DNA of 24,000 nucleotides from Nitrososphaerota archaeon (GTDB lineage: Archaea; Thermoproteota; Nitrososphaeria_A; Caldarchaeales; Calditenuaceae), in NCBI GenBank assembly GCA_033581555.1, contig JAVQSZ010000005.1:111537-135536 (forward strand), written 5' to 3'. The position numbers were made by a program, and so were the translations under genes. Under the pieces are notes generated by a model that was not told the origin of the DNA, did no database searches, and saw only the letters and a list, made by a program, of their open reading frames with translations. Shown in pieces: positions 1 through 8,640 of this stretch (position 1 is its first letter; every line of letters starts with the position of its first letter).

Positions 1-681
1 TAGCGAGAAGGCGACGACCGCGTGGGCCCACCAGACCCAGGCGTAGAGACCGGAGGCGACCGCTTCAGGTACCTCGAGGGCCGAGAGCGATGCAGCGACC
101 GCGTTCCCGACGAACGAGTAGCCGGCCCAGGGGACCTCTTTGACGTGGAGCCTGAGCCCCTCCATCACGAACCCCGAAACCCCGATGAACAGGATCCCGT
201 AGAGGTAGGCGTAGTACTCGAGCTTCTGCCTGAGCCTCTTCACCCCTGAGTACCTCCTGCCCAGCGCGACGACGACCCCGTACATCATCAGGACGCCGAA
301 GAGGTCCATCGCGAACTCGAAGGCGACGTAGCCCGTCCCCTGCAGGAGCTTTCCTCCGAGCCTCTCGAAGACGTCGAAGTCGATCGCAACCAGCACGGTC
401 CCGATGAAGAGGACGAGGATGCCGTAGCTGAGCGCGACGTGCATCACGCCCGGTCCGATCTCCCTCAGGAGTCTCCTCTGCGCAACCGCGTACTTCGCCA
501 CCCCCTTCAGCCAAGCGACCGGGTCCCTGAGCACCGCCTTCAGCGCCTCCCATCCGTACTCGGACATCTTCAGGTAGAAGCCGTAGAGGAAGACGGCCGC
601 GAACGGCAGCAGGACGAGGTACATCGCGACCTCGGTCCACTCCGGGAGGAGGGCGAAGTTCTCCCTCGCGGGGACCTCCAC
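1..681 (-). CDS. Partial CDS (runs off the left edge): polytopic membrane module resembling the NarI/HmeC-type N-terminal domain of membrane-bound (Fe-S)-binding, heterodisulfide-reductase-like oxidoreductases
   Basis: Not in the supplied ORF track. My own minus-strand translation gives an uninterrupted frame from 681 to 1: (V)EVPARENFALLPEWTEVAMYLVLLPFAAVFLYGFYLKMSEYGWEALKAVLRDPVAWLKGVAKYAVAQRRLLREIGPGVMHVALSYGILVLFIGTVLVAIDFDVFERLGGKLLQGTGYVAFEFAMDLFGVLMMYGVVVALGRRY... It has several hydrophobic helices and G/C-rich third positions. GTG 681-679 (alt ATG 624-622) lies ~26 nt downstream of a TTTTTA box (minus strand of 705-710). The family call is from memory of similar N-termini, not a search. 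Confidence 0.5.
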   Translation of the reverse strand, partial: MEVPARENFALLPEWTEVAMYLVLLPFAAVFLYGFYLKMSEYGWEALKAVLRDPVAWLKGVAKYAVAQRRLLREIGPGVMHVALSYGILVLFIGTVLVAIDFDVFERLGGKLLQGTGYVAFEFAMDLFGVLMMYGVVVALGRRYSGVKRLRQKLEYYAYLYGILFIGVSGFVMEGLRLHVKEVPWAGYSFVGNAVAASLSALEVPEAVASGLYAWVWWAHAVVAFSL

Positions 682-703
682 GGGTTTAGCGGCCTCACCG
701 GAG

Positions 704-711
704 CTAAAAAC
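704..711 (-). promoter_or_regulatory. TATA-like box for the leftward membrane-protein gene
   Basis: GCTAAAAAC on + (TTTTTAGC on -), an A/T island in GC-rich DNA about 25 nt upstream of GTG 681. Confidence 0.35.
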
Positions 712-752
712 GGTGCTCCGGAGTGCGCGGCGCGCGTTGGTCGGCCGCAGCC

Positions 753-758
753 TTATAC
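753..758 (+). promoter_or_regulatory. TATA-like box for the Nudix gene
   Basis: CCTTATACCC, about 27 nt upstream of GTG 782. The same CCTTAT motif recurs at 21787-21794 upstream of another start codon. Confidence 0.35.
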
Positions 759-781
759 CCGGGTCTACCCGGGCCGAGGTC

Positions 782-1336
782 GTGGAGGTAAGGGTCCTCG
801 AGTCGAGGAGGATCTACTCGGGGAGGACGGTGGGCCTGAGGGTGGAGAGGGTCTCGGTGGACGGGAGGGTAGTCCTCAGGGAGATAGTGGAGCACCGGGG
901 GGCAGCAGTGATAGTCCCGATCCGTGACGACGGAAGGCTGGTCCTGGTCAAGCAGTACAGGCGGCCGGTCGACGAGGAGGTCCTCGAGTTCCCCGCAGGG
1001 ACGCTCGAGCCCGGCGAGGACCCGGAGGGCTGCGCGAAAAGGGAGCTCCTGGAGGAGACCGGACACGAGGCCCTCTCCCTCGAGAGGCTCGCGACCGTAT
1101 ACCCCGCTCCCGGGTACTCGGAGGAGGCGATGCACCTCTTCCTGGCCAGAGCGGTCCCTAAAGGGGGTCTCGCGCTGGAGGACGACGAGGACCTGAGGGT
1201 CGTGACGCTGACGCTCGAGGAGCTGATCGGGATGGCGCTGAGGGGAGAGGTCAGGGACGCGAAGACGATCGTCGGCGCCTTCCTGCTGAGGGAGAGGTTG
1301 GGCCGAGGGAGCCAACCGGCGTCCGGGTTCCGGTGA
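782..1336 (+). CDS. Nudix hydrolase (ADP-ribose pyrophosphatase-like)
   Basis: Nudix box GTLEPGEDPEGCAKRELLEETGH (GX5EX7REUXEEXGU) within track ORF 713..1336. I prefer GTG 782 as start because of the TATA-like box at 753-758. A start at 713 would leave only ~30 bp for two divergent promoters. 713 remains the alternative. Confidence 0.85.
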   Translation: MEVRVLESRRIYSGRTVGLRVERVSVDGRVVLREIVEHRGAAVIVPIRDDGRLVLVKQYRRPVDEEVLEFPAGTLEPGEDPEGCAKRELLEETGHEALSLERLATVYPAPGYSEEAMHLFLARAVPKGGLALEDDEDLRVVTLTLEELIGMALRGEVRDAKTIVGAFLLRERLGRGSQPASGFR

Positions 1337-1371
1337 CACGTTTATCAGACGTCCCGGAGACACATCCGCGG

Positions 1372-2433
1372 ATGAAGGTAACCGCTGAGGACGTGCTGAG
1401 GGCGCTGAAGCAGGTGAAGGACCCGGAGCTCGGGGTCGACGTGGTGCAGATGGGGATGATCAAGGACCTGAAGGTGAAGGACGGCCACGTCTCCTTCACG
1501 CTCGAGCTGACCACCCCAGCCTGTCCCTACAACGAGGAGCTGAAGTCGGCGGTCCTAAAGGCCGTAGAGTCGGTGAAGGGCGTCGAGAGGGTCTCGATGG
1601 AGGTGAAGTCGAGGGTGCTGAGCGTCAGGCCCCAGAGCCAGGCCCTGAACCCGATACCCTCGGTGAAGAACGTGATCGCGGTCGCCAGCGGCAAGGGAGG
1701 GGTGGGGAAGTCCACGATCGCGGTGAACCTCGCCGTCGCGCTCTCGGAGGCGGGGGCCGCGACGGGCCTGCTGGACGCGGACGTCTACGGCCCGACCATA
1801 CCCAGGTTCATCAGGGGTTACGACTTCTCCTCGAGCGTCAGGGGCAACAAGGTCGAGCCGGCCAGGGGACCGCTCGGCGTGAAGATGATGTCACTCGGCT
1901 TGATAGTGACCGACGACACCCCCGTCATCTGGAGGGGGCCGCTCGTGGGGACGACCGTGAGGCAGCTGATCACCGACGTCGACTGGGGCGAGCTCGACTA
2001 CCTGATCGTCGACCTCCCGCCGGGCACCGGGGACGCGCCGCTGACGCTCGCTCAGACCGTCCCGCTGAGCGGGGTGGTGATCGTCACGACTCCGCAGAAG
2101 GCCGCGGTCACGATAGCGATGAAGGCGCTGAGGATGTTCCAGAGGCTGAACGTCAACGTCATCGGGATAGTGGAGAACATGTCCTACGTCAGGTGCTCCG
2201 ACTGCGGAAAGACGATCCGGGTCTTCGGGGAGAGCTACGCGAGGAGGGCAGCGCTGGAGGCCGGCGTTCCGCTCTTGGCCGAGGTCCCCCTGCTCGAGTC
2301 GATCCTCGAGGGGAGCGAGGACGGGACGCCAGTGATCGTGAGGGACCCGAAGTCCGAGGCCGCGGAGGTCTTCAGGGCACTCGCGAGGAGGGTCGCGGGG
2401 AGGGTGAGCGTCATTGCCGCCGGCGGAAGGTGA
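1372..2433 (+). CDS. mrp: Mrp/NBP35/ApbC-family Fe-S cluster carrier ATPase with N-terminal DUF59 (MIP18-like) domain
   Basis: DUF59-like N-terminus (LKQVKDPELGVDVVQMGMI...TTPACP), deviant Walker A GKGGVGKST, DADVYGPT, DLPPGTGD, and a CSDC (CxxC) motif near the C-terminus. ATG 1372 chosen. GTG 1333, in a GTGA overlap with the Nudix stop, is the alternative. Confidence 0.9.
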   Translation: MKVTAEDVLRALKQVKDPELGVDVVQMGMIKDLKVKDGHVSFTLELTTPACPYNEELKSAVLKAVESVKGVERVSMEVKSRVLSVRPQSQALNPIPSVKNVIAVASGKGGVGKSTIAVNLAVALSEAGAATGLLDADVYGPTIPRFIRGYDFSSSVRGNKVEPARGPLGVKMMSLGLIVTDDTPVIWRGPLVGTTVRQLITDVDWGELDYLIVDLPPGTGDAPLTLAQTVPLSGVVIVTTPQKAAVTIAMKALRMFQRLNVNVIGIVENMSYVRCSDCGKTIRVFGESYARRAALEAGVPLLAEVPLLESILEGSEDGTPVIVRDPKSEAAEVFRALARRVAGRVSVIAAGGR

Positions 2434-2884
2434 GCGGTCGGAGCTCCTCTCGGTCCCGAGGACAGGCGTCTACGCGAAGGGTTCCCTCGACCTGGTCGCG
2501 GTCTACGATTCCCTGAGCTCGGCCTACGGCGACGGTTCCTCTGGCGCGCTGGCGACGTTCATGGGCATAGCTAGGTCGACGAGCAGGACCGGGAAGAGGG
2601 TCGTCGAGGTCGTGATAGAGGCCTACGTCGAGAACGCGGAGCTCGAGCTGCGCAGGATCGTCTCTGAGGCGACCGAGAGGCACAACCTGACCTTCGCGGG
2701 GATTTGGCACCTCTTGGGCCCCTTCAGGCCAGGGGAGCCGATCGTGCTGGTCGCCTCGATGGGCCCGAGGAGGAAAGGGGTGATGGACGCGCTAGCCGAG
2801 ATGGTCGAGCGGTACAAGAGGGAGCCGGCGCTCTTCAAGAAGGAGGTCTACGCTGACGGGACGTCGGAATGGGTGGAGGAGTAA
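2414..2884 (+). CDS. moaE: Molybdopterin synthase catalytic subunit MoaE-like protein
   Basis: MoaE-like pattern: GALATFMGIAR, VIEAYVENAELELRRI, GIWHLLGPFRPGEPIVLVA, RYKREPALFKKEVY..GTSEW. The only in-frame start upstream of the conserved core is TTG 2414, which overlaps the mrp 3' end by 20 nt. Confidence 0.75.
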   Translation: MPPAEGERSELLSVPRTGVYAKGSLDLVAVYDSLSSAYGDGSSGALATFMGIARSTSRTGKRVVEVVIEAYVENAELELRRIVSEATERHNLTFAGIWHLLGPFRPGEPIVLVASMGPRRKGVMDALAEMVERYKREPALFKKEVYADGTSEWVEE

Positions 2885-2891
2885 CAGTCTC

Positions 2892-2910
2892 GCGTTCTCG
2901 ATGAGAACGC
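2892..2910 (+). terminator. Perfect 8-bp hairpin followed by a pyrimidine/T-rich tract just after the moaE stop
   Basis: GCGTTCTC-gat-GAGAACGC begins 8 nt after TAA 2882-2884 and is followed by CTCCCTTCCTCGTTCTCCTTCGTTCCC. A role in termination is inferred. Archaeal termination normally depends on T-tracts. Confidence 0.3.
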
Positions 2911-3164
2911 CTCCCTTCCTCGTTCTCCTTCGTTCCCAATCCCCTTCGCGAAGCTCTCTGCCACCTCGCTCCGCAGATTCAGGGGAGCCTCGGACTTCCG
3001 ATCTCTGGGCAAGGTTCCGAGCCCTACTTCGCCTCTTCGAGCCCTCCTGAGCCAGTCCCCGTCTGGGACTCGGCGTTGCCGCGCTCTTCGCAGCTCGGTG
3101 TGTATGGAGAAGAACGACGAGCCAGACACATCTCTGCTCATGACGCAGCGAGGCAGTCGACCCC

Positions 3165-3189
3165 CGAGATCGAGTGACCTCTCATCTCG
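3165..3189 (-). terminator. Stem-loop just downstream of the nucleotidyltransferase stop codon
   Basis: Minus-strand RNA reads CGAGAU-GAG-AGGUCA-CUC-G-AUCUCG (6 bp + 3 bp stem, 6-nt loop), about 18 nt after the TGA at 3209-3207. Function not established. Confidence 0.25.
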
Positions 3190-3206
3190 CGGTAGCCCCC
3201 GACTCA

Positions 3207-4211
3207 TCAGACGAACCTGAGCGACTCGACGCCGACGCCCTCGTAGGACCCGAGCAACAGCTGATAGGCAGTCCCCCTCTCGGACCGGACCTCCTCGAGC
3301 TTCGCCCTCACCGAGATCCTGTCGCCGGGCCTCAGCACCCCAGCGAGCCTCGCGAGGTACGTGACCAGCCTCTCGATCCCGAATACCCTCTCCTCGACCC
3401 TGTAGACCGAGGGCGTGAAGAGCGACTCAGAGTCGTCCACGACCTCGACGACCGTCTCGACGATCCCCTTCGAGGTGTATTGGACCTCGCCGTAGGCGTA
3501 CGGGGGCCTCTCCCTCACCCCGAAGACCGAGAACCTCGTCCCCGAGAAATCGCCCTTGTGGACAACCCTCGACGCCAGAAGCTCCGCCTGCTCCTTCGGT
3601 ATTCTCAGCTGCGACCTCAGGTGTGAGACCCACTCGGGGCCGACTCCGGTCTTCAGCCTCTCGTCCTTAGACTCCGCTAGCGCGTCCAGAACCCTCCTCG
3701 TGTTGGACCCGCCGTGCACGACTAGGTCGACGTCTGAGCCCGAGTGCGCTATTCCGAGCAGGACCGAACCGGTCACGCCGAAGCCCTCCTCCGGGACGCC
3801 GGAGGCCTCGGAGAGCCAACCGATCAGCTCGACCGCCCTCCGCTCGAGCGAGCTCTCCGGCAGCGAACTCCTCGACCTCAGCAGCTCGACCGCCTTCTCG
3901 CTGGTCCTATAAACCCTGGTCACCTCGGCGAGCGGCGGCGCGATCACCTCGCTCCCCACCGAGGGGTCGAGGTAGACGTAGTCCGGCCTGACGGACCTCA
4001 CGAACTCGATCGACCTCAGGAGCTCCCTCACCGAGTACTCAACCAGCACCCTCGAGTAGGTCCTGCCGTTCGCTGAGCGCCACGGCCCTGGCCCCGCGAC
4101 GTACTTCAGGACCGCCCAGACCCTGTCCCTCGGGTGGACGTCGCCCAGCACCGAGAAGATCCAGCCTTCGGACGTGACGAAGTAGTCCTTGTCCCTGAGC
4201 GGCCGATCCAT
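3207..4211 (-). CDS. Uncharacterised archaeal nucleotidyltransferase-domain protein (Pol-beta superfamily NTase core, possible C-terminal OB-like domain)
   Basis: Pol-beta NTase signature G-S...D-x-D in FGVTGSVLLGIAHSGSDVDLVVHG. Coding-type codon bias. Its start lies 26 nt downstream of the citramalate synthase stop on the same strand, so it is probably co-transcribed. The specific family (I recall a COG of predicted archaeal nucleotidyltransferases of this size) is from memory only. Confidence 0.6.
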   Translation of the reverse strand: MDRPLRDKDYFVTSEGWIFSVLGDVHPRDRVWAVLKYVAGPGPWRSANGRTYSRVLVEYSVRELLRSIEFVRSVRPDYVYLDPSVGSEVIAPPLAEVTRVYRTSEKAVELLRSRSSLPESSLERRAVELIGWLSEASGVPEEGFGVTGSVLLGIAHSGSDVDLVVHGGSNTRRVLDALAESKDERLKTGVGPEWVSHLRSQLRIPKEQAELLASRVVHKGDFSGTRFSVFGVRERPPYAYGEVQYTSKGIVETVVEVVDDSESLFTPSVYRVEERVFGIERLVTYLARLAGVLRPGDRISVRAKLEEVRSERGTAYQLLLGSYEGVGVESLRFV

Positions 4212-4237
4212 CCTCGTTTCTCTCCAGCCTCAAGCAG

Positions 4238-5713
4238 CTATTTCCTGTTAGCCTGCAGCGCATACCTGTAGCCGTCGGAGATCGCCGCGAGGCTCGCCTC
4301 GATCACGTTCCTCGAGACTGAGGTCGTCCTCCACGCCGAGCCGTTCCCCGAGAACTCGACGATGACCCGCACCGGGGCCGCCGTGCCCTCGAAGCCGTCG
4401 ACGACGCTGACCTTGTAGTCCGTCAGCCCGACCCCCTCGAGCTCGGGGAAGCAGGAGAGGAGCGCGCTCCTGATCGCGCCGTCCAGCGCGTGGACCGGCC
4501 CGACCCCCTCGCTGGAGGCCCTGTGGACGCGGCCGTCGACCTCGATCGCGACCGACGACCTGGCCGAAGGTCCCTCTGGGCCCTCAACCTCTACGGACCA
4601 CTCGACGACCCTGAACCCCTCCCTGAACAGGCCGGCGGCGCGAAGGAGGAGCAGCTCCACCGTCGCCTCCGCGCCCTCGAGGTGATAGCCCAGCGACTCG
4701 AGCCGCTTCACCTCCTCGAGCACCGCAGTGACCTGCTCCTCAGCGAGCCTTATCCCGACCCTCGAGGCGACGTACCTCACCGTCGACCTCCCCGAGAGCT
4801 CCGAGACCGAGAAGCTCCTCTCGTTCCCGACCGCTGAGGGGTCCAGGTGCTCGTAGGCCCTGGTGACCTTCAGGACCGCGTCGACGTGCACGCCGGCCTT
4901 GTGGGCGAAGGCGTTCCTCCCGACGTAGGGGTGATTGTCCGCAATCCTGAGGTTCAGGAGGTCCGCGACCGACCTCGAGACCCGCGTCAGGCGCCTCAGG
5001 GCCTCAGTCCTTCCCTTGAGGACCGAGAGGCCCATCTTGTAGGCGACGTTCGGGAGCACCTGGCAGAGGTCCGCGTTCCCGCACCTCTCCCCGACCCCCA
5101 GAAGTGTCCCTTGGACGTGCCTCGCGCCGCTCCTCACCGCGACGAGCGTGTTGGCGACCGCGCAGCCAGCGTCGTTGTGGGCGTGTATCCCGATGTGCGC
5201 GTCCGGGAGTCGTCCCCTCACCTCCTCGACCGCCCTCTCCACCTCCCAGGGCATCGAGCCGCCGTTGGTGTCGCAGAGGGTCAGCGTCCTCGCCCCTGCG
5301 TCTGCCGCGGCCCTCAACACCGACATCGCGTACTCCGGCGACTCCTTCCACCCGTCGAAGAAGTGCTCCGCGTCGAAGACCACTTCCGTCCCGTGGTCCC
5401 TCAGGTACTCAACGGTCTCGGAGACCATCTCGAGGTTCTCCTCCGGAGTGCACCTCAGGACCTCGGACACGTGGAGCGTCCAGGACTTCCCGAAGACGAC
5501 CGCGACCGGCACCTCGGACTCGACGACCTCGTTCAGCGAGGGGTCCTCATCAGCCCTGATCCCCTTCCTCCTCGTCGAGCAGAAAGCAGCGATCCTGCTG
5601 TTCTTCAGGGAGACGCCCCTCAGGGCCCTGAAGAGCCCGGCGTCCTTGGGGTTCGAGCCCGGCCACCCCGCCTCGATGACGTCGACGCCCAGCTCGTCCA
5701 GCCTCTCGATCAC
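4238..5713 (-). CDS. cimA: Citramalate synthase / 2-isopropylmalate synthase family protein (CimA-type with C-terminal LeuA-dimerisation/regulatory domain)
   Basis: IEAGWPGSNPKD, FGKSWTLHV, DAEHFFDG, LCDTNGG, IHAHNDAGCAVANTL, GERCGNA, AFAHKAGVHV, then a C-terminal regulatory domain. Coordinates follow the first canonical start (GTG 5713). Homology clearly continues upstream to ~5800 (IDYVETLDTTLRDGAQTRGITFSLQEKLRV). See the finding on the missing start codon. Confidence 0.9.
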   Translation of the reverse strand: MIERLDELGVDVIEAGWPGSNPKDAGLFRALRGVSLKNSRIAAFCSTRRKGIRADEDPSLNEVVESEVPVAVVFGKSWTLHVSEVLRCTPEENLEMVSETVEYLRDHGTEVVFDAEHFFDGWKESPEYAMSVLRAAADAGARTLTLCDTNGGSMPWEVERAVEEVRGRLPDAHIGIHAHNDAGCAVANTLVAVRSGARHVQGTLLGVGERCGNADLCQVLPNVAYKMGLSVLKGRTEALRRLTRVSRSVADLLNLRIADNHPYVGRNAFAHKAGVHVDAVLKVTRAYEHLDPSAVGNERSFSVSELSGRSTVRYVASRVGIRLAEEQVTAVLEEVKRLESLGYHLEGAEATVELLLLRAAGLFREGFRVVEWSVEVEGPEGPSARSSVAIEVDGRVHRASSEGVGPVHALDGAIRSALLSCFPELEGVGLTDYKVSVVDGFEGTAAPVRVIVEFSGNGSAWRTTSVSRNVIEASLAAISDGYRYALQANRK

Positions 5714-5883
5714 CCTGAGCTTCTCCTGCAGCGAGAAGGTTATCCCTCTGGTCTGCGCGCCGTCCCTAAGGGTGGTGTCCAGAGTCTCGACGTAATCGAT
5801 CCGACCACCCCGCGACCCGCGGCGGAGTGCGCCACGATATCAACGTATGCTCCGCGCCGACGCCCACAGATCGCAGAGCTTAG

Positions 5884-5891
5884 GTAAATTA
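5884..5891 (+). promoter_or_regulatory. TATA-like box for the P-type ATPase gene
   Basis: GTAAATTA, about 20-24 nt upstream of GTG 5908. Confidence 0.35.
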
Positions 5892-5907
5892 CCCCCGGGT
5901 CCGGCAA

Positions 5908-8640
5908 GTGGAGGGGTTGTCCGGGACCGAGGCGGAGTTCCACGCGCTCGAGGCGGAGGAGGTGGCTAGGCGGTTCAGGGTCGACCCTGCCAGGGGCCTG
6001 GACCAAAGGGAGGTCGAGGAGAGGCTGAGGAGGTTCGGCCCCAACGTGATCGTCGAGGCGAAGAAGCCGAGCCCGGTCCTGCTCTTCCTCAGGCAGTTCG
6101 CGAACCTGCTGATCCTGATCCTACTGGTCGCGACCACGATCACCGCCTTCCTCGGCGAGGTGATCGAGGCGGTCGTGATCGGCGTAATCGTCCTCTTCAT
6201 CGGCGTCGTGGGGTTCGTCCAGGAGTACAGGGCCGAGAGGGCGCTCGAGAGGCTGAAGGAGCTGACCGCCCCGACCTGCAGGGTCCTGAGGGACGGCGAG
6301 GTGGTCACGGTTCCGGCGCATCAGGTCGTTCCCGGCGACGTCCTGGTCCTCGGCGAGGGAGACATCGTGGCCGCCGACGGGAGACTCGTCGAGTCTCACG
6401 GGCTCAAGGTCGACGAGTCCGCGCTCACGGGGGAGTCGGTCCCCGTCGAGAAGGTGACCAGGGCCCTCCCCAGGGACGTCCCGCTCGGCGACAGGGTCAA
6501 CTCGGTCTACGCGGGGACGCTCGTCGTCTCAGGGCGGGGGAAGGCGGTCGTCACGGCGACCGGCAAGTCGACCGAGTTCGGGAAGGTGGCAGCGTACACG
6601 CTCGCGGTCGAGGAGGAGCGGACGCCCCTCGAGGCCAGGATGAACGAGCTTGGGAGGAAGTTCGGGCTGCTGGCCCTCGTGATCATCGCGGTGCTCTTCG
6701 TCCTGGAGCTCGCCGAGTCGCTGCTCTTCGGCGGCTTCACCCTCGAGTTCCTGATAGAGGTCTTCCTCTTCAGCGTCGCCCTCGCGGTCGCCGCGGTCCC
6801 CGAGGCCCTCCCGGCCGTCGTCACCGCGTCCCTCGCGATCGGTGCGTGGACGCTCGCGAAGCACGGCGCGCTGGTGAAGAGGCTCGCGGCGGTCGAGAGC
6901 CTCGGGTCGACGCAGGTGATGTGCTTCGACAAGACCGGAACCCTCACGAAAGGCGAGCAGACAGTCAGGGCCGTCTACGTCGACGGAAGGCTCCTCTCCG
7001 TGACCGGGACTGGTTTCAACGTCGAGGGCTCGATCGAGGGCGCCGACCGGAACTCGAGGGCCTTCGGGGAGCTGATGAGGGCCTCGGTCCTCTGCAACGA
7101 CGCGACCGTGACCAACGCCGACGGCAGGTGGAGGCACTCCGGCGACCCCACGGAGGTGGCCCTGCTCTTCATGGCCTTGAAGGCCGGCGTCGACGTCGAG
7201 TCGCTGAGGAGGGCTCACCCAAGGGTCTCTGAGAACCCGTTCACCAGCGAGCGGAAGATGATGTCCACGGTGAACCTCGTCGACGGCAGGAAGGTCGCGT
7301 TCGTCAAGGGAGCCCCCGAGGTCGTGATCGAGAGGTGCGTCGCGGCCCTCACCGGGAAAGGCGTCGTCCCGATGACACCCTTGATGAGGTCCGAGCTGAT
7401 TGAGGTCAACGAGCGGCTCGCGTCGGAGGGGATGAGGGTCCTCGCGTTCGGGTACAGGGACGCGGAGGGCGTCAAGGGCGAGGAGGCCGAGAGGGACCTC
7501 GTCTTCATAGGGATGGCAGGCATGATCGACCCGCCGAGACCCGAGGCGATCGAGGCGATAGGGGTGGCTAAGTCCGCGGGCGTGAAGCCCGTGATGATAA
7601 CCGGAGACCATAGGCTCACTGCGATCGCGGTCGCGAGGGAATGCGGCATCGATACCGAGCACGTCATGACCGGGAGGGAGTTGGACATGATGACGGCGGA
7701 GGAGCTCGCCGAACACATCGAGAAGGTGACCGTCTACGCGAGGACCTCCCCAGTCCAGAAGCTGAAGATCGTGGAGGGGTGGAAGCTGAAGGACGCGGTC
7801 GTGGCGATGACGGGAGACGGCGTCAACGACGCACCGGCGCTGAAGAGGGCCGATATCGGGGTCGCAATGGGGATAAGGGGTACTGCGGTCGCGAAGGAGT
7901 CCTCAGACCTGATCCTCACCGACGACAGCCTCGCCACGCTGGTGAAGGCGATCGAGCTCGGGAGGTGGATAATGGACAACATCAAGCGCTACCTCGCGTA
8001 CCTCCTCCAGGCGAACCTCGTCGAGATCGTCGTCCTCTCGTTCACCACCCTCTTCCTCCTCAGGTACCTGGGGTACTCGGGAGAGGAGGCCCTCGCCCTG
8101 CTCCCGGTCCACATTCTCTACATCAACTTGGCCACCGACGGTCTTCCGGCCCTCGCGCTCGGGCTCAGTCCTCCCGACCCGGACCTGATGAGGAGACCTC
8201 CGATGAAGAGGGGCGAGAGCGTCTTCACGAGGGAGGTCGTCGAGTTCCTGATCAGGGCGCTGATCGTTGAGCCTCCGGTCATGATACTAGCATTCTACTC
8301 GGCCCTCCCGAACGGAATCGACGCCGCGAGGACCAGGCTCTTCCTCCTCTTCGTCGCGATCGAGCTGGTGGTGGCCTTGAGCTGCAGGTCTCTGAGGCAC
8401 CCGATAGTGAAGGTTAGGCCCCACAGGTGGCTGGTGCTCGCGGTCCTGTGGGAGGCGGTCCTGATCGGCCTACTGGTCTGGATCCCCTGGACGAGGGAGG
8501 CGCTGCACCTGACCGTGCCGACGCTGGAGGACCTGACCTGGATCCTGGCCGGAGGCGCGGTGACCTTCGCGTCAATAGAGCTGCTGAAGCTCGTGGTGAT
8601 CTCGAGGCACTCGCAGGCCCAGCGGTTCAGAGCTTCCTGA
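5908..8640 (+). CDS. Cation-transporting P-type ATPase (type II, Ca2+/Na+-pump-like)
   Basis: TGES ([10 protein letters not shown]), PEALP in M4, phosphorylation site [15 protein letters not shown], hinge [21 protein letters not shown]. There are about 10 hydrophobic segments over 910 aa. Confidence 0.95.
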   Translation: MEGLSGTEAEFHALEAEEVARRFRVDPARGLDQREVEERLRRFGPNVIVEAKKPSPVLLFLRQFANLLILILLVATTITAFLGEVIEAVVIGVIVLFIGVVGFVQEYRAERALERLKELTAPTCRVLRDGEVVTVPAHQVVPGDVLVLGEGDIVAADGRLVESHGLKVDESALTGESVPVEKVTRALPRDVPLGDRVNSVYAGTLVVSGRGKAVVTATGKSTEFGKVAAYTLAVEEERTPLEARMNELGRKFGLLALVIIAVLFVLELAESLLFGGFTLEFLIEVFLFSVALAVAAVPEALPAVVTASLAIGAWTLAKHGALVKRLAAVESLGSTQVMCFDKTGTLTKGEQTVRAVYVDGRLLSVTGTGFNVEGSIEGADRNSRAFGELMRASVLCNDATVTNADGRWRHSGDPTEVALLFMALKAGVDVESLRRAHPRVSENPFTSERKMMSTVNLVDGRKVAFVKGAPEVVIERCVAALTGKGVVPMTPLMRSELIEVNERLASEGMRVLAFGYRDAEGVKGEEAERDLVFIGMAGMIDPPRPEAIEAIGVAKSAGVKPVMITGDHRLTAIAVARECGIDTEHVMTGRELDMMTAEELAEHIEKVTVYARTSPVQKLKIVEGWKLKDAVVAMTGDGVNDAPALKRADIGVAMGIRGTAVAKESSDLILTDDSLATLVKAIELGRWIMDNIKRYLAYLLQANLVEIVVLSFTTLFLLRYLGYSGEEALALLPVHILYINLATDGLPALALGLSPPDPDLMRRPPMKRGESVFTREVVEFLIRALIVEPPVMILAFYSALPNGIDAARTRLFLLFVAIELVVALSCRSLRHPIVKVRPHRWLVLAVLWEAVLIGLLVWIPWTREALHLTVPTLEDLTWILAGGAVTFASIELLKLVVISRHSQAQRFRAS

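Noticed and set aside
65-640. 191-aa minus-strand ORF at the left edge
   Set aside because: It is on the right strand but in the wrong frame. A different minus-strand frame gives a bona fide membrane protein open to the window edge (feature 1..681).
2984-2999. Minus-strand GGAAGUCCGAGGCUCC, resembling the RNase P RNA CR-I element (GGAAAGUCCGGGCUCC)
   Set aside because: I found no complementary P4 3' strand (CGGACUUC-like), no ACAGAA-type CR-IV, and no other conserved RNase P regions in the remaining spacer. Only a covariance-model scan could revive this idea.
2848-3207. 119-aa minus-strand ORF filling the moaE/nucleotidyltransferase spacer
   Set aside because: It overlaps the moaE 3' end, is Arg/Ser/Gly-rich, and has no G/C3 bias or recognisable motif. 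The region is treated as non-coding.
4847-5887. 346-aa plus-strand ORF (plus 5104..5559 and 5148..5795) opposite citramalate synthase
   Set aside because: Antisense shadow ORFs. The minus strand has strong family motifs along its whole length.
6529-7716. 395-aa minus-strand ORF (plus 6507..6947 and 7215..7718) inside the P-type ATPase gene
   Set aside because: It is antisense to a gene with unambiguous P-type ATPase motifs. The translation is Arg/Pro/Gly/Asp-rich and low in complexity, as expected for stop-poor alternative frames in GC-rich DNA.
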